Shown here: piece by piece, positions 25,114 to 38,752 of the stretch
Numbering within the stretch: position 1 is the stretch's first letter
Layout of the letters: each line of letters starts with the position of its first letter
Origin: Octopus bimaculoides
Lineage: Eukaryota
NCBI RefSeq assembly: GCF_001194135.2
Contig: NC_068992.1
Span: forward strand, 65,981,247-66,045,246
Reading direction: 5' to 3'
DNA length: 64,000 nt
Notes under the pieces: generated by a model
Told to the model about the DNA's origin: nothing
The model's database searches: none
The model's input: the letters and a program-made list of their open reading frames with translations, nothing else
Translations under genes and position numbers: made by a program

Positions 25114-27149
25114 CTCAGCATCAATATATTTAAAGTTTGGATTCCTCTTTCACTTTCTCTTTTCCTTGATTTGAAAATATTTGATGTTTTCTCTTGTATA
25201 GCTTTGAATCTGTATTAGGTGAGTGAAATAATATTTAGAGAACTAATGGAGGACTTCCGGTCCTATGTGGCGTCTCATTTTATGATGTTGGATAAATGAA
25301 GTAAATATTTTGTGGACGAAGGAGACGCTGGGGGTGTAACTCTTGTTTTATAGACGCACGGCTATAAACGCATACGCACACACACACATATACATACACG
25401 CACACACGCACGTAGACACGCACGCACACGTAGCGTGTGCGTCATACACGCCATTTTACATTCAAGTTGTGTCTGCTTCTTTGATGGAATACAAACATAT
25501 GAAGGGAGTAACGCATTTCGCCATTCCAGTTGATAACATAAAACAAAAATGAAGTAAAACAAATCATAGAAATGTAAATGGTTGAGTTTTTAATGGAAGC
25601 GAAATCTGAACAGGTCGTAATTTCGAGAAATAGTCATAAAGAAAAATGATTTTAAAAAATGAAGAACAAGCAGAGGAAAAAAAATACGAAAGGAACCAGT
25701 TTGGTTGAAATGTTTGCATGGCTTTGGTCACACAAATTTATTTGACGAACAGTAAATGTTCGGTCGACTAATCGAAGTCAGTTGGTTTTATAACTGAAAG
25801 GAAAATTATTTACATCGAACAATAAAGTTGTTTGCTGACGAAAATAAATAAAAGTGATTCATTCGTTTTAAAGATGAAGTGTTTCTTTTATTCCTGGACT
25901 GAGTTTGTGATGAAGGATTGACACACTGAAATAGGGCGCTCTGAATGGGTGGAGAGAGTAGAATTGTTGGAATTGTCATTGATCAGATATTGAGAAATTA
26001 AAAGTTTACAGAATGGGGAATATTTACTTGACATGATGTGGTTTCATGTAACGAGACAAAGTTTATTCTCCCTACAAACGCCATTTAAAACAACTTATTA
26101 CCTTTCCGGCTTCTTAATGTTTCAGCAGGATTCAATACTATTTTTTTTTTTTTACTAAACTCACAGAACAGTTTTAGGAATTTACCATTGGTGGCGCTGA
26201 ATGTAGTCCCGTGTAATAATGATAATCCTTTTATCGATCTAAGAAGAAATGAAAAGCTGAATGGACCCAGGAGGATTATAAGCCCAAATGAAACTAACCA
26301 TTTTAACTACAAATTACCATTTTGGAATGGACAATTGCCATTGCTAACATAGTCATTATGGTTGATAGCTAATCCTCCAGAGAAGCATCGGCATAACGAT
26401 ACAAACACTCTCTCTGAGTGGAGTAGGAGTTATCTTCCCATGTCTCCATGTTACCTTTATAGAATAGAAGACATTTTGACACGAGTTTATATGAGAAACA
26501 AAATCCAATATGGTCAAACCTCCTGGTTTTGATTACAATAATTAATTAATTAAATCTCTTCCTGTTAGAATGTGATAAACAGGAATTTTATGAGTGGAAT
26601 TGTCGTTAAATAATTGCGTATCTTTCTTTTGTTTCTTATACAACCACCAACTGTTAATTTCTTGCATCAGTTTGAAGGCTGTTATCGATATTCAATACCC
26701 ACCTACGTTTCCTCTATGTTTACACATTGCTGCTGTTTCATTGACACGAAGATAATGCCTGTCAAATGCTGAGCTGGGGACGGGGTGGCACTTCTCAGTC
26801 TATATCGATATTTCAATTCCAATTAAAGAATTCATGTCGAAAAAGGAAAATAAGTGGAATGTTTTCAGGGATCAAGTAGAAAGGTGAGTCATAAATGAAA
26901 ATCCATCCACTTTCTTGGCTAAATCAGTTCTAGTTGAAGTATGATAGTGATGAAGTTAAAGTGGCTGAGTTAAGTAAGCAATGGATCAAGTGTAAGATGG
27001 CCGCCACATAATAGGGAAACATACAGACATCTCCAACGATTTTCGTGTATTTTTCCAAAATTAGATTTTTAATCTTCCAGTTTTGAACTCTGCTCCTTGT
27101 GAAGTCATCCCAATGAAACAAGGTTGTGAGTGTTTATTGAGCGAAAACA

Positions 27150-27428
27150 TCTAAAGCCCCACGAGGCTCCGGCAGGAGATGGAGGCGAACCCTGCTGTAC
27201 TCTTTCACCACAACTTTCTCACACTTTTTCTTCTTGTTTCTGCTGTGCCTGTAATTCAAAGGGTCAGCCTTGTCACACTGTGCCACGCTGAATATCCCCA
27301 AGAACTACGTTAAGGGTACACGTGTCTGTGGAGTGCTCAGCCACTTGCACGTTAATTTCACGAGCAGGCTGTTCCGTTGATCGGATCAACTGAAACCCTA
27401 GCCGTCGTAAGCGACGGAGTGCCAACAA
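27150..27428 (+). mobile_element. SINE family C, 5'-truncated long-middle variant
   Basis: Co-linear with 62403-62662 and shares its 3' tail with 8033-8355. Confidence 0.85.
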
Positions 27429-27484
27429 ACAATATATATANNNNNNNNNNNNNNNNNNNNNNNNNNNNNNNNNNNNNNNNNNNN

Positions 27485-27517
<33 letters not shown>

Positions 27518-27639
27518 TAGTGATGGGGGAAAAACGCAGACACAAAGACGCACATATATGTGTGTGTGTGTGTGTGTACATACGTTTGTGTGTGTGTGTA
27601 CATATATGTGTGTGTGTGTGTGTGAGTGTGTATGTATGT

Positions 27640-27835
27640 ATGTATCTTTGTGTCTGTTTGTCCCTCAACACCGCTTGACAACTGGTGATGGTGTGTTTAC
27701 GTGCCCGTAACTTAGCAGTTCGGTAAAGAACACTGATAGAATAAGTACCAGGCTTTAAAAAAGTGACGAAAATATTCTTGTATGTGGTGCCCCAGCATGA
27801 CCGCGGTTTGATGACTGAAACAAGAAGATACAAGA
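27640..27835 (+). mobile_element. SINE family A, tail half
   Basis: tctttgtgtctgtttgtccc...ccgcttgacaactggtgatggtgtgtttacgtgcccgtaacttagcagttcgg...ccagcatgaccgcggtttgatgactgaaacaag. A short inverted piece of the same tail (agacacaaaga) lies at 27517-27560. Confidence 0.8.
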
Positions 27836-28273
27836 TAATATATTGAAATAAGATGCTGTTGTGTTTTTGGCAATAAACGGCAATCATAAAGCACCAACAG
27901 AACCGTCTTCAATCGAAGAATAAAATTCAGATTTACCAGAATATATTCATCCACGGCTACAAAGTGGAATGCTACGATATGTAAGCACTGAGTGCATAAT
28001 CCAGGCTTGAAATCTCAACGAGTACAACTTTGCCTGTATTTGGAGATAGGAATATTTCTGAAAATAAATGAGAAATATTTAATAGAAATATTTAATAGAA
28101 TCTCTTCAAGTGCTCCATAGACAAGAGTTTAGAGCTGAATAAATTAATATAATGGTACCTTCACTGATTTGAAAACAGCTATTAAAAATACATTGGAATA
28201 AATATGTGCGTGTGTATATACATAAGTACGTATTCATACATGTGTATGTTTAGATAGATATATAAACACACAC

Positions 28274-28331
<58 letters not shown>

Positions 28332-28336
28332 ATATG

Positions 28337-28373
<37 letters not shown>

Positions 28374-28754
28374 TTATATATATACACTCGCATACGCACA
28401 CGCTTACAGATATATGTATAGTATGAACGTGTACATACATACATATAGATGGACATGCATATCTATAGATAGATGTAAATATTTACGTATTCGGTGTGCG
28501 TGTGAGCGTTTGGACGCGTAGGAAGATAAAAATCGATAACGAAGATCTTACTCCTTTTGAAACTCTGAAGAATATGGTTTTCCTCTCCAGACGAGCGAAA
28601 TTTATTCTCCACAACCAAATATTTTATTTTTAGATCTTCTCTTCCATCCATTTATGTATCTACTTGGTTGCGTATCTCTATATCTAAATGTTCCGATATC
28701 TGTGAATATATCTCATTATCTATCAACTAATCTAGCTATCTAGCTATTTAGTTG

Positions 28755-28817
<63 letters not shown>

Positions 28818-28848
28818 GTATATATATATGTATATATGCATATATAAT

Positions 28849-29016
28849 CTTTTATTGGCTGAGAATATTACAAGAGATGCAGTATTCAATTTAGTATACA
28901 TAAAAGAGCTTACAGCTTTGTTCCCTGCCAATTACTCTCGGATAAGTCTGACTAATGCTTTGTAACGAAACTCCAGAGCTTTGTGTAACTCCTGTAGCAT
29001 TCTCAGCTAATAAAAG
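28849..29016. mobile_element. Small MITE-like element with 28-bp imperfect terminal inverted repeats
   Basis: cttttattggctgagaatattacaagag (28849-28876) matches the reverse complement of 28989-29016 at 24/28 positions. No clear TSD. Confidence 0.45.
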
Positions 29017-29103
29017 CTAATATACGCTTAACGTGGTGACTTCTCTCTCTTCTCGTTTACAAAACGAAACGAACACATACATACATACATATATAATTAA
29101 ATG

Positions 29104-29183
<80 letters not shown>

Positions 29184-29446
29184 TGCATTTAATTATTTCT
29201 TTATTTCCTCCATTCTTCTTTTCTTTCTCCGCCCCTCTCTCATTCTCTGCCATTCCACATCCACCCACCTCCCCATGTCTCCTCCTCCTCCCTCTTACTC
29301 CCGCCATTTTGTTGTTGTTCAACATATTTTCCAATGATTTCTCTCTGTTACAGACTGTAACATTTTATTGTCTAAATATTGATTAGCATAGCGGAAAGCA
29401 ATTTAATATAGTCTTCCAGACACCCCGACAGGCACACAGCCAGACT

Positions 29447-29497
<51 letters not shown>

Positions 29498-29740
29498 ACA
29501 CACACACACACAAACACATACATATACATACACAGATATAGGTACACACACAAATAACAATATGAATTTATGTACTCATTCATCGAACTACCCTCCATAC
29601 ACAGTCATCAATACGGATATGGATAGGCACATATGTATATGCAGAGTCAAATGTATATGTATATGTATATGTGTGCGTGAGAGAGGGAGAAAGTGTGTGT
29701 GTATATGTGTGTGTGTAGCATACGTCTATACATATAAATT

Positions 29741-29795
<55 letters not shown>

Positions 29796-30398
29796 TTTAA
29801 TGCTTGTGTGTGTGTGTGTAACGAATTCACATTTAGACGTAATTACACAAAGAATACTATATATGAACATTTAGAGATTTATAAATTAAAGCATTAATTT
29901 GTAATAAACCAACTTTTTTTATACATATTGCATATATATTGCACACATAATACACACACGTTTATATACTACATATATACGCATGCATACATGTATAGCT
30001 GTGTGTGTGTGTACGTATGTATGTATATACAAATATACATAATTTTATGATCTCGTTCAGACACAGGAATATTAATGGCGAGTTGTTAAAGCTTAACACA
30101 CATATGCTTTGCAGTAAGACGTAAGCGAGTATAGAGCTTCAGATTAATTAATAAATGCAAGGGAACAAGAATTACGTAAGAATTACTTCATTAGCATAAA
30201 CTTATACCTATATATATGTATATGCATATATATATATATANNNNNNNNNNNNNNNNNNNNNNNNNNNNNNNNNNNNNNNNNNNNNNNNNNNNNNNNNNNN
30301 NNNNNNNNNNNNNNNNNNNNNNNGGATCTTCGTCGGATAGAGGTAAAAGTCTTGACAAGAAGAAATGGTGGAACGAGTAGATAGCCCAGAGAAAATTA

Positions 30399-30456
<58 letters not shown>

Positions 30457-30612
30457 CTCACATACAGATACACACTGACGTATTTCTTAACTATGAGATT
30501 GTAATACAGTTTGGCGCAAAAGTTACTTTGGAGTGGCTGCTTTCGAAATAAAATTAAACACACTTTATCCTTTTTTTTTACCAAAATGTGTTAATATCAT
30601 GCAGCGCTGAAC

Positions 30613-31480
30613 GTGGCGAACTTGCAGAAACGTTAGCACGCCGGGCGAAATACTTATCGGCATGTCATCTGTCTTCACGATCTGGGTTCAAATTCCGCCG
30701 AAGACGACTTTGCCTTTCATCCTTTCTGAGTCGATAAATTAAGTACCAGTTGCGTACTGTGGTCGATCAACTCGACTGGCTCCTCCCCTTCCCCCCAAAT
30801 TTTGAGCACTGCTTAAGAAGCTGAGCTGGCAGAATCGTTAGCACACCGGAGAGTTTCACGGTCACGGTTCGAATTCCGCTGAGGTCGACTTTACATTTCA
30901 TCCTTTTCAGGGTCACCGATAAAATAAGTACCGGTCATGTACCAGGGTCGAGGTAATCGACTTACCCCTCCCCCAAAATTGCTGGCCTTGTGCCAAAATT
31001 TGAAACTAAAATTATTCAGTGATGTTCCCGGCTCTTTATATTCTGAGTTCAAATTCTACTGAGGTTGACTTCACTTTTCATCCTTTTGGGGTCGATAAAA
31101 TAAAGTACCAGTGAAGTACTGCGGTCGATGTAATCAGTCTTCCCCCTCCCCTCAATTTACTTGTCTTGTGCCAAAATTAGTAACATTATGATACGGTGGT
31201 GTGTCCGGTTTTTTTCCCCACTAAGACCAATATAGCTTTTCATCCATTTGAAATCGATAAAATAAAGTGATGAGATTAATGCTATCGACCAAGCCCCTCT
31301 CCTCAAAATCACTGACTTTGGACCCTAATTAGAAAAGATTTTATAATGAGTTCAAATCCTCTCAACATCTTTCCGGTGGTCTATAAAATACCAGTCATCT
31401 ACTAGGGAACAATGCAATCGACTACCTCACCCACTCGCTTAAAAATCGAAGGTTTTGCGCTTAATCTGGAAATAATTATT
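30613..31480 (+). mobile_element. Head-to-tail array of five family B SINE copies
   Basis: The catcc...cgataaa.taa(gtaccag)...atcgac...ccc.tc...aaat...ttg block recurs at about 30613-30805, 30818-31015, 31020-31190, 31195-31345 and 31345-31480. Confidence 0.8.
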
Positions 31481-32049
31481 CCGTGATGTCTGCTCTTTCC
31501 ATTCCCTCTTCACCCTCCACCATCATCACCACCACCATCACCACCACCATCACCTCCACCACTACCACCACCACCACCACCACCACCACCACAACCTGTC
31601 GCTTCGCTAACTATTTCTGTTGTTTCTGTTCAATAACTTAACAAACGTATTAAACAAGTCTTCATGTTGATTTGGATTAAATGTTTGTTTGGAACTGGAG
31701 AACTTCGACCAATATTTAAATTCTTTGATTGAATAAATTACGTGATAACTGCTGATCGAAAAGTTATTAAAGAATTCCCGGAAAGCCGACATCTCGTCAA
31801 TTCATATCCGAAAAGAAATTATTGGTAATTATTTGTCACGAATGAAAATAAGGAATTCACCTTGCAGCAGCAGTCTTCGAGAAAATCACATTTAGGTGGA
31901 ATTTCGATGAAAGTAAGAAGTCAAACTGTCCCCTGTTTTTAATACAATATACGAACCTCACGGCCCTTGTTTCCTTTTTCGTAACGTTTCTATCGATTCA
32001 AAAACTCCATAAATATGTGTATATGTTTGTGTGTGTACATATACATACA

Positions 32050-32190
32050 CATATGTTTACACACATATACATACGTATATGTTTACACAAATATACATAC
32101 ATGTATGTTTACACACATATGCATATATATATATATGTTTACACACATATACATACGCATATGTTTACACACATATACATACATATATAT
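32050..32190. repeat. 26-bp minisatellite (atatgtttacacacatatacatac..), about 5 copies
   Basis: atgtttacaca recurs at ~26-30 bp spacing. Confidence 0.85.
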
Positions 32191-34221
32191 AATTTTTACG
32201 CACATACAAGAAAAAGGGTGAAAGTGACTTGAAAGGTTCGATTTACCAATCTCCGTCGGATTGTGATGCATTTAGGTTTATCTTGGCTCTATACAGTCGG
32301 TGGTTAATTATATAGTCTGAAGTAGATTGAGCAGTGCGGGGTGTAAATTAGGTTTTGTGCATGTGCGTCTGAGAAAAAGATGTAATGGCGAGATCATAAC
32401 AGAATGTGGAAAAAGTATGTTTCTTGGGTGAGTGCTGATGGAAAGATATTATTAGAAGATATTTATTGTTTGACGTTGGAGTTGTTTTATTGTTCCTCGT
32501 TCAGTCAAGCGTGTAGAATTTTGTAATCAGGTGTGTCTAGTTTAAGTCATGAGATCGTTAGTATAAAGATATGGTTATTGTTGTTTTAGGGTTCACAAAA
32601 TATGTGAGGGGGAAAAGATTAGCTAACAATAATAGTTAACATGTAGGGAAATAAAGTAGCTAACATTGAGGAAATTATTGTAAACAGAAAGGATTGGAAT
32701 ACGAATAAAATGGCCCCAGTAACTCACAACGTCAGTCACGGATGTGTCTGGCAACTAAACACTCTTTATAGCGTACCTTCACCCGTTATTATTAATAATG
32801 ATTTTGTTGGTCTTGACTTTTTAGCCCTGGGATAACCTTAATTAATCAGACTTATGATCACCAGCGTTCCAGATGTAAACATCCCAAAGTGTCCTTCCTT
32901 TGTTTAAGCGATCTTGGATAGATACGGCTGGTATTACCAGCAGGTAGTGCGGCTATATAGAGCCCACCTCGTTGAATTGTACCTATACACGTCGGTTGCC
33001 TTAGTAACTGCAACTTACTGAAACACTAGGCAGTTTTACTATACTGACACTACAGTAAATGATTGCTAGCCTCAGTAACCACCTAATGATATCTACTTAG
33101 CATTGGGTGGTCATTAAATCTAAGAATTAAGTATCTTGGCGATGATCAGGGTGGAATTAGAGTAGCTGGGAATATTCCAATGCAAAGATATAAAATCTAT
33201 CGATCACACATCTGTAACCATGAACCTTTTCCCATGCTGATCCACGGCTTTTAATCTAGAAATAATCCTTGTAACAAATTTTGACACTTGGCACTTAACT
33301 CTTCTTCAATAATATAATCAAAGACTGCAAATGTGTTTTAACTGCCGAACATTGCACAATCTGGTCCATTTCTAAATATTTGGCTCTAAAAACATCGCTC
33401 CATTAACAGAATGTATATCGTATTGAAGAAATATTTCCATAAATAAAAAAAGAGCAAGTATTATCGAAAATGGTATCTGATATCATGGAACCACTTGATG
33501 TATGGATGTTAGAGAAAAAGAGAAATGATGAAGGAAAGTTTAAAGCGAAATCAAATACAGAAAGACCAAAGAAAAAGATGGCTATCTTATTGAGCATAAT
33601 TTAGTGTGAAACTTGTGAAGAGCTGGATTGGTTAACCAAATTTATAGCTAAAGTCACTCGATATCAACGTTAAACCGGAAATTGTGAAAGTTCCATGTTC
33701 GACCTGGAATGATCGTCGGCAAAATAGATTAGGACTAAAAGTGTTTGGAAGGGAAATAAGAAATAAAGGAAATGATTAAATGTAGCACTGTTGCCCCCCC
33801 ATCGCCCCTCCCCTCTTTTATCATTTCTTTACACGTGCATTAGAACATGGAAAATGTATGCACATGCACACAGATATGTATAAATAAATAAATAAATAAA
33901 CTGATATAAATAAATATGCATATGTATTACATATATACATACATTATATACAATATATATATATATATACATACACATATATATACATATATATATNNNN
34001 NNNNNNNNNNNNNNNNNNNNNNNNNNNNNNNNNNNNNNNNNNNNNNNNNNNNNNNNNNNNNNNNNNNNNNNNNNNNNNNNNNNNNNNNNNNNNNNNNNNN
34101 NNNNNNNNNNNNNNNNNNNNNNNNNNNNNNNNNNNNNNNNNNNNNNNNNNNNNNNNNNNNNNNNNNNNNNNNNNNNNNNNNNNNNNNNNNNNNNNNNNNN
34201 NNNNNNNNNNAAGATAACAGA

Positions 34222-34373
34222 AATAACGGTTTCTAATATTGGCACTAGGCCAGCAATTGTGAATGAGGTGGGGAGTCGTTGGACAAATGGAAAGCAAAGT
34301 CGACCTCGGAAGAACTTGAATTCAGAATTTAAGAGTCACGCAACCAAACACTGCAAAGTGTTTTTCTCCGATA
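34222..34373 (-). mobile_element. SINE family B, internally deleted copy
   Basis: The minus strand reads ttctgaattcaagttcttccgaggtcgactttgctttccat...aattgctggcctagtgccaatattagaaaccg. Confidence 0.75.
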
Positions 34374-34565
34374 GCAGAATCGGTTCCAGCATCCGATAAA
34401 TGCTTGAAGCTGTTTGTTTTCACCTCTTTACGTTCTGAGTTCCAACCCGACCGAAGTCAACTTCGCCTATCATCCTTTCGGGGGTCGATAAATTAAGTAC
34501 CAGTTAAACACTAGGATCGATGTAATCGACTAGTCCCCTCCCCTCAAATTTCAGGCCTTGTGCCT
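34374..34565 (+). mobile_element. SINE family B copy
   Basis: gcagaatcgg...ctttacgttctgagttcc...catcctttcgggggtcgataaattaagtaccagtt...gtaatcgactagtcccctcccctcaaatttcaggccttgtgcc. Confidence 0.85.
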
Positions 34566-35195
34566 TCAAGCTGGTTTGGTTTCACTGAAAGTGTTGACTC
34601 AAAAAAACAACGTTGCTTTCGTCAAATCGAGTCTAGTTTTTGACGTCTTCCTTCCCTCCATGTCAAATAAAGATTTCACTTCTATACAACCTATAATTGT
34701 TGGCGGATGCCGCAGGATTAAGTTAATCTTTTTAGCTTTCGGCAATATTTTAATTCCATCTAATTTTCAACACACTTGTGTGTTAATTTTTTTTTTTTTT
34801 GTTACAAATTAATATGAATTCATCATGAAGAAGCAACAAAAACAATTTGAATAAATTTTGTAACATTTGTGGTCAGTACGTTGCATAAACAAAGGAAAAT
34901 CTTGTATGCCTCTAGCTTAGCACACTCTGGTAACAAGGTTTCGCATCACATGTTTAGTCTGAATATAAAATATTCTCCTTTCCTATCTGGGACACTGTAA
35001 AAGAACTCTCACCAAGATAAGGGTACTAAAACCACAACCGAAATATGGAGAAAGTAAGAGATGATAAGAAAGCGTGACAACGTAGGTGGAGGAGGAACAA
35101 GGGAGGAGGAGAAGGGGAAGGGGAGAGGAAGGGGAGTAGGGATGGTGATGAAGATGGGGCTAGGGCTGGCGGTGAAGATAATGATGGTGATGGCT

Positions 35196-35236
<41 letters not shown>

Positions 35237-35354
35237 AGTGATGGAGATGGTGGTTCGAATGTAACAATGTAACAATAGAATGAAAAAAGACATAACTAAC
35301 ACAAAAGCGAAGATTGAAAGGTGGATGAAAGGAGAGAAGATGAGAGACAGATAT

Positions 35355-35355
<1 letters not shown>

Positions 35356-35385
<30 letters not shown>

Positions 35386-35386
35386 A

Positions 35387-35422
<36 letters not shown>

Positions 35423-35439
35423 AAAGAGAGAAAGAAATA

Positions 35440-35478
<39 letters not shown>
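35356..35478. repeat. (AAAG)n microsatellite
   Basis: Directly visible. Another tract lies at 15498-15547. Confidence 0.95.
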
Positions 35479-35574
35479 CCAGCTGGAGTGAAATAGCGTG
35501 TACGAGACGAGAATCTACCGATTGAGACAAAATGAGAATGAGTGTATCTATCATATATACATATATACATACAC

Positions 35575-35626
<52 letters not shown>

Positions 35627-36295
35627 NNNNNNNNNNNNNNNNNNNNNNNNNNNNNNNNNNNNNNNNNNNNNNNNNNNNNNNNNNNNNNNNNNNNNNNNNN
35701 NNNNNNNNNNNNNNNNNNNNNNNNNNNNNNNNNNNNNNNNNNNNNNNNNNNNNNNNNNNNNNNNNNNNNNNNNNNNNNNNNNNNNNNNNNNNNNNNNNNN
35801 NNNNNNNNNNNNNNNNNNNNNNNNNNNNNNNNNNNNNNNNNNNNNNNNNNNNNNNNNNNNNNNNNNNNNNNNNNNNNNNNNNNNNNNNNNNNNNNNNNNN
35901 NNNNNNNNNNNNNNNNNNNNNNNNNNNNNNNNNNNNNNNNNNNNNNNNNNNNNNNNNNNNNNNNNNNNNNNNNNNNNNNNNNNNNNNNNNNNNNNNNNNN
36001 NNNNNNNNNNNNNNNNNNNNNNNNNNNNNNNNNNNNNNNNNNNNNNNNNNNNNNNNNNNNNNNTTTTAGAATCAGTTCCACGATAACGAGACCATCACCA
36101 TCATCATCATGATCACCATGATCATCATCAGCATCAGCATCAGCATCAGCATCAGCATCAGCATCATCATTAGTATTGTCATTATTTTGATGATGATGAT
36201 GATGGCGATGATGATGATGATGGCGATGATGATGATGATGATAACGACAAAAATAATTGCCTCTGATTGAAGCCCAATGTCAGCAATTTCGAGAG

Positions 36296-36477
36296 GCTAT
36301 CGTTAGTCAATTGCATTGATCTCTCAGAACTCGAGTTGTACTTATTTTATCGACCACCTATGAGATGAACGGCAAAATCGACATCAGTGGACTTTCAACA
36401 CGGAACCTGAAGACGGATTAAATACTGCTAAGCAGTTTGTCCGGCGTTCTAACCATTTTGCCAGCTCGCCGCCTTAA
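36296..36477 (-). mobile_element. SINE family B copy
   Basis: The minus strand starts aaggcggcgagctggcaaaatggttagaacgccggacaaactgcttagcagtattt and continues through ...gtcgataaaataagtacaac. Confidence 0.8.
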
Positions 36478-36494
36478 TGATTATTATTATTATT

Positions 36495-36545
<51 letters not shown>

Positions 36546-36830
36546 ATTCTTATTGAGTGAGAGAGCAGTGCGTGCCATCAAAGTGACACTGGGGTAAAAT
36601 ACATGAAGCCCAGTATACCAGTCATGACTACCCCTCTGATAAGGGTACACCAGGCACATGCATCACAACCACATGTGTGCAACATGGTGATCTCATATCA
36701 AGATAAACAGCGCATGACCTTGCAGGTGGGACCTAGTTAGAATTTTCTTCAGGTCAGCTAGCCCGTCCTGCTCAAATGGTCCCTGAATAAGGGTTGCTTA
36801 AGGATGTTGAAGAAAATATTAAAATGTGTT
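36478..36830 (-). mobile_element. Unclassified retroposon 3' fragment with an (AAC)n/(AAT)n tail
   Basis: About 285 bp of GC-richer, non-simple sequence ends on the minus strand in ...ctgctctctcactcaataagaat followed by (AAC)n(AAT)n, a typical retroposon tail. There is no second copy in the window, so repeat status is inferred. Confidence 0.5.
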
Positions 36831-36949
36831 CAGGTAAAACATGGGGTGTATACGTAATTAATTAGTTTACGTACTCACGCGTTTTTGATGTGTACTTACT
36901 CGGATATAGTCCAACACTTTTAATGAGGACGATGATGATGATGATGATA

Positions 36950-37302
36950 CAAAAGATGTGGCATCTTAAAGCAAAAACTTTCCTGATATTGTAGGTCCTA
37001 GGTATGATAAAAAATGGATGTCAGAAACATCTAAGCAACATCCCAGGAGAACCATGTCTCAGAGAAATCCAAAAGATTGTGCCGGCAAGTACTGCCCACA
37101 ACCTTAGGAAGAAAACCCTATCAATTTAAATGTCTGTGTTGTATCACATGGAGATATTTCGCTCCTGCCCTTGCCACTTCCCCTCTCCAAGCTTTCAGTT
37201 ATACTGTAACATCTCTTATCGTTCACTCGCCCTAGGTTGTGTCTCGGCAAGTGATTGCAACAAACATGAAGATTAAAAGTAAATAACAATAATAACAATA
37301 AT
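36950..37302 (+). mobile_element. Short 3' fragment of a second R4/Dong-type LINE subfamily
   Basis: Translates with small indels as KMWHLKAKT/PDIVG/LGMIKNGCQKHLSNIPGEPCLREIQKIVPASTAHNLRKKTLSI* (stop 37127-37129), homologous to the C-terminus at 18428-18600. The 3' UTR motif ccctaggt...ctcggcaag is shared. Tail is AAT/AAC. Confidence 0.75.
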
Positions 37303-38378
37303 GTTTTTTATTAGACACAAAAACCTCGAACAATAAAATACAATAATGTAGTTTGAGGAGAGGACATACAAAAACTAAGTGTGGAGGTGAGAGGGGCAAA
37401 GAACTTAGATAAACACGAGGGGAACGTTGAAAGGCGTTACACAATTAAAACTGTTAAAAATGTATAAATACACACAAGTAATGACATAGAAATGAATAAA
37501 TAGACAAATGAATAAGGTAGAATAAATAAGGGATAATAATTAAAACAAGAACTAATTCAAACAGAAAATAAAACATGAAAGACATTTAATTCTTTTGTTA
37601 CCGTATTTTTGTTGAAACAGAAGACCTTTGTTTCAATTAATTTCAGAAATAATGAAGAATTTACTAAAATACAATTATCATTAGTCTGCTGGTGTTTGGA
37701 CACAGAAATTAACATAAAATTTTGACTGAAGGTTTTAATTTAAATCACTCTAGAATACGAGGCTTGTATCAAAAACTTTTAACGAAGGAATGGTTTCGTT
37801 GGTTGACAGAAAATGAAAATATGTGTATGAAATTCCAAATACCAGTCATTCGAGTTTCTAAAATTTTCTGAGAGAGATTTCATAATCTTAAAGTGTAAAC
37901 TATAAAGATTTTTAACGTTTGTCCTATTTAACTGACATTTAGAATTATTTCTTTATATTTCTACTAAAGTTTACAGGCAATACCAGCAGAGATATTTCAG
38001 GCATTGCAACATAGGAGAGATATTTCGGTTGTGATATATTAATATTTCTCAAACACACAAACTCAAGAACCTCTTCAGAATTTTGACACAATTCACATCG
38101 AACCATAATTTATTTTCAGTCATTAGAAATCCTTTAAAATAATTTCGGCTCCGGAAAATAACGTCGTCTTTTTTTGCTTCTTTTATCATTAGTTTTTGAC
38201 AAGAATATAGTTTAGTTTAGAAACGGTCCATGCTGTACATAGAGAATTATATTTGCTGATGGAAAAATAATATTATCTTCGCGTTTTTCGTAAATAGAAT
38301 TAAAATAAATATTACCTTGGCTCAGACCGGTTGGGGAAGGGGGGGATATATTATCGAGGTTGATATTCATTGCACTGT

Positions 38379-38412
<34 letters not shown>

Positions 38413-38684
38413 ATGGCCTGATCATTGGTATCTTATGGAAAACGTGACTCAGTCAGTAGACGCCAAGTTTGTTTTCATGCATATGTATAATTATTTGTAT
38501 GCATGTAGGCGCATATATATTTATGCATATATTACACACACACACACATATATATATATACTTTTATATATACATTTATATATACATACTTTTATATATG
38601 TTTATATATATGCATACACGTTTATATTTGTATATGTATATATATATACATACATACATACATACATACAAACAAACATACAAG

Positions 38685-38752
<68 letters not shown>

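Noticed and set aside
36090-36245. (CAT)n followed by (GAT)n, forming a potential hairpin
   Set aside because: Opposite-orientation simple repeats are common at this microsatellite density, and nothing indicates function.
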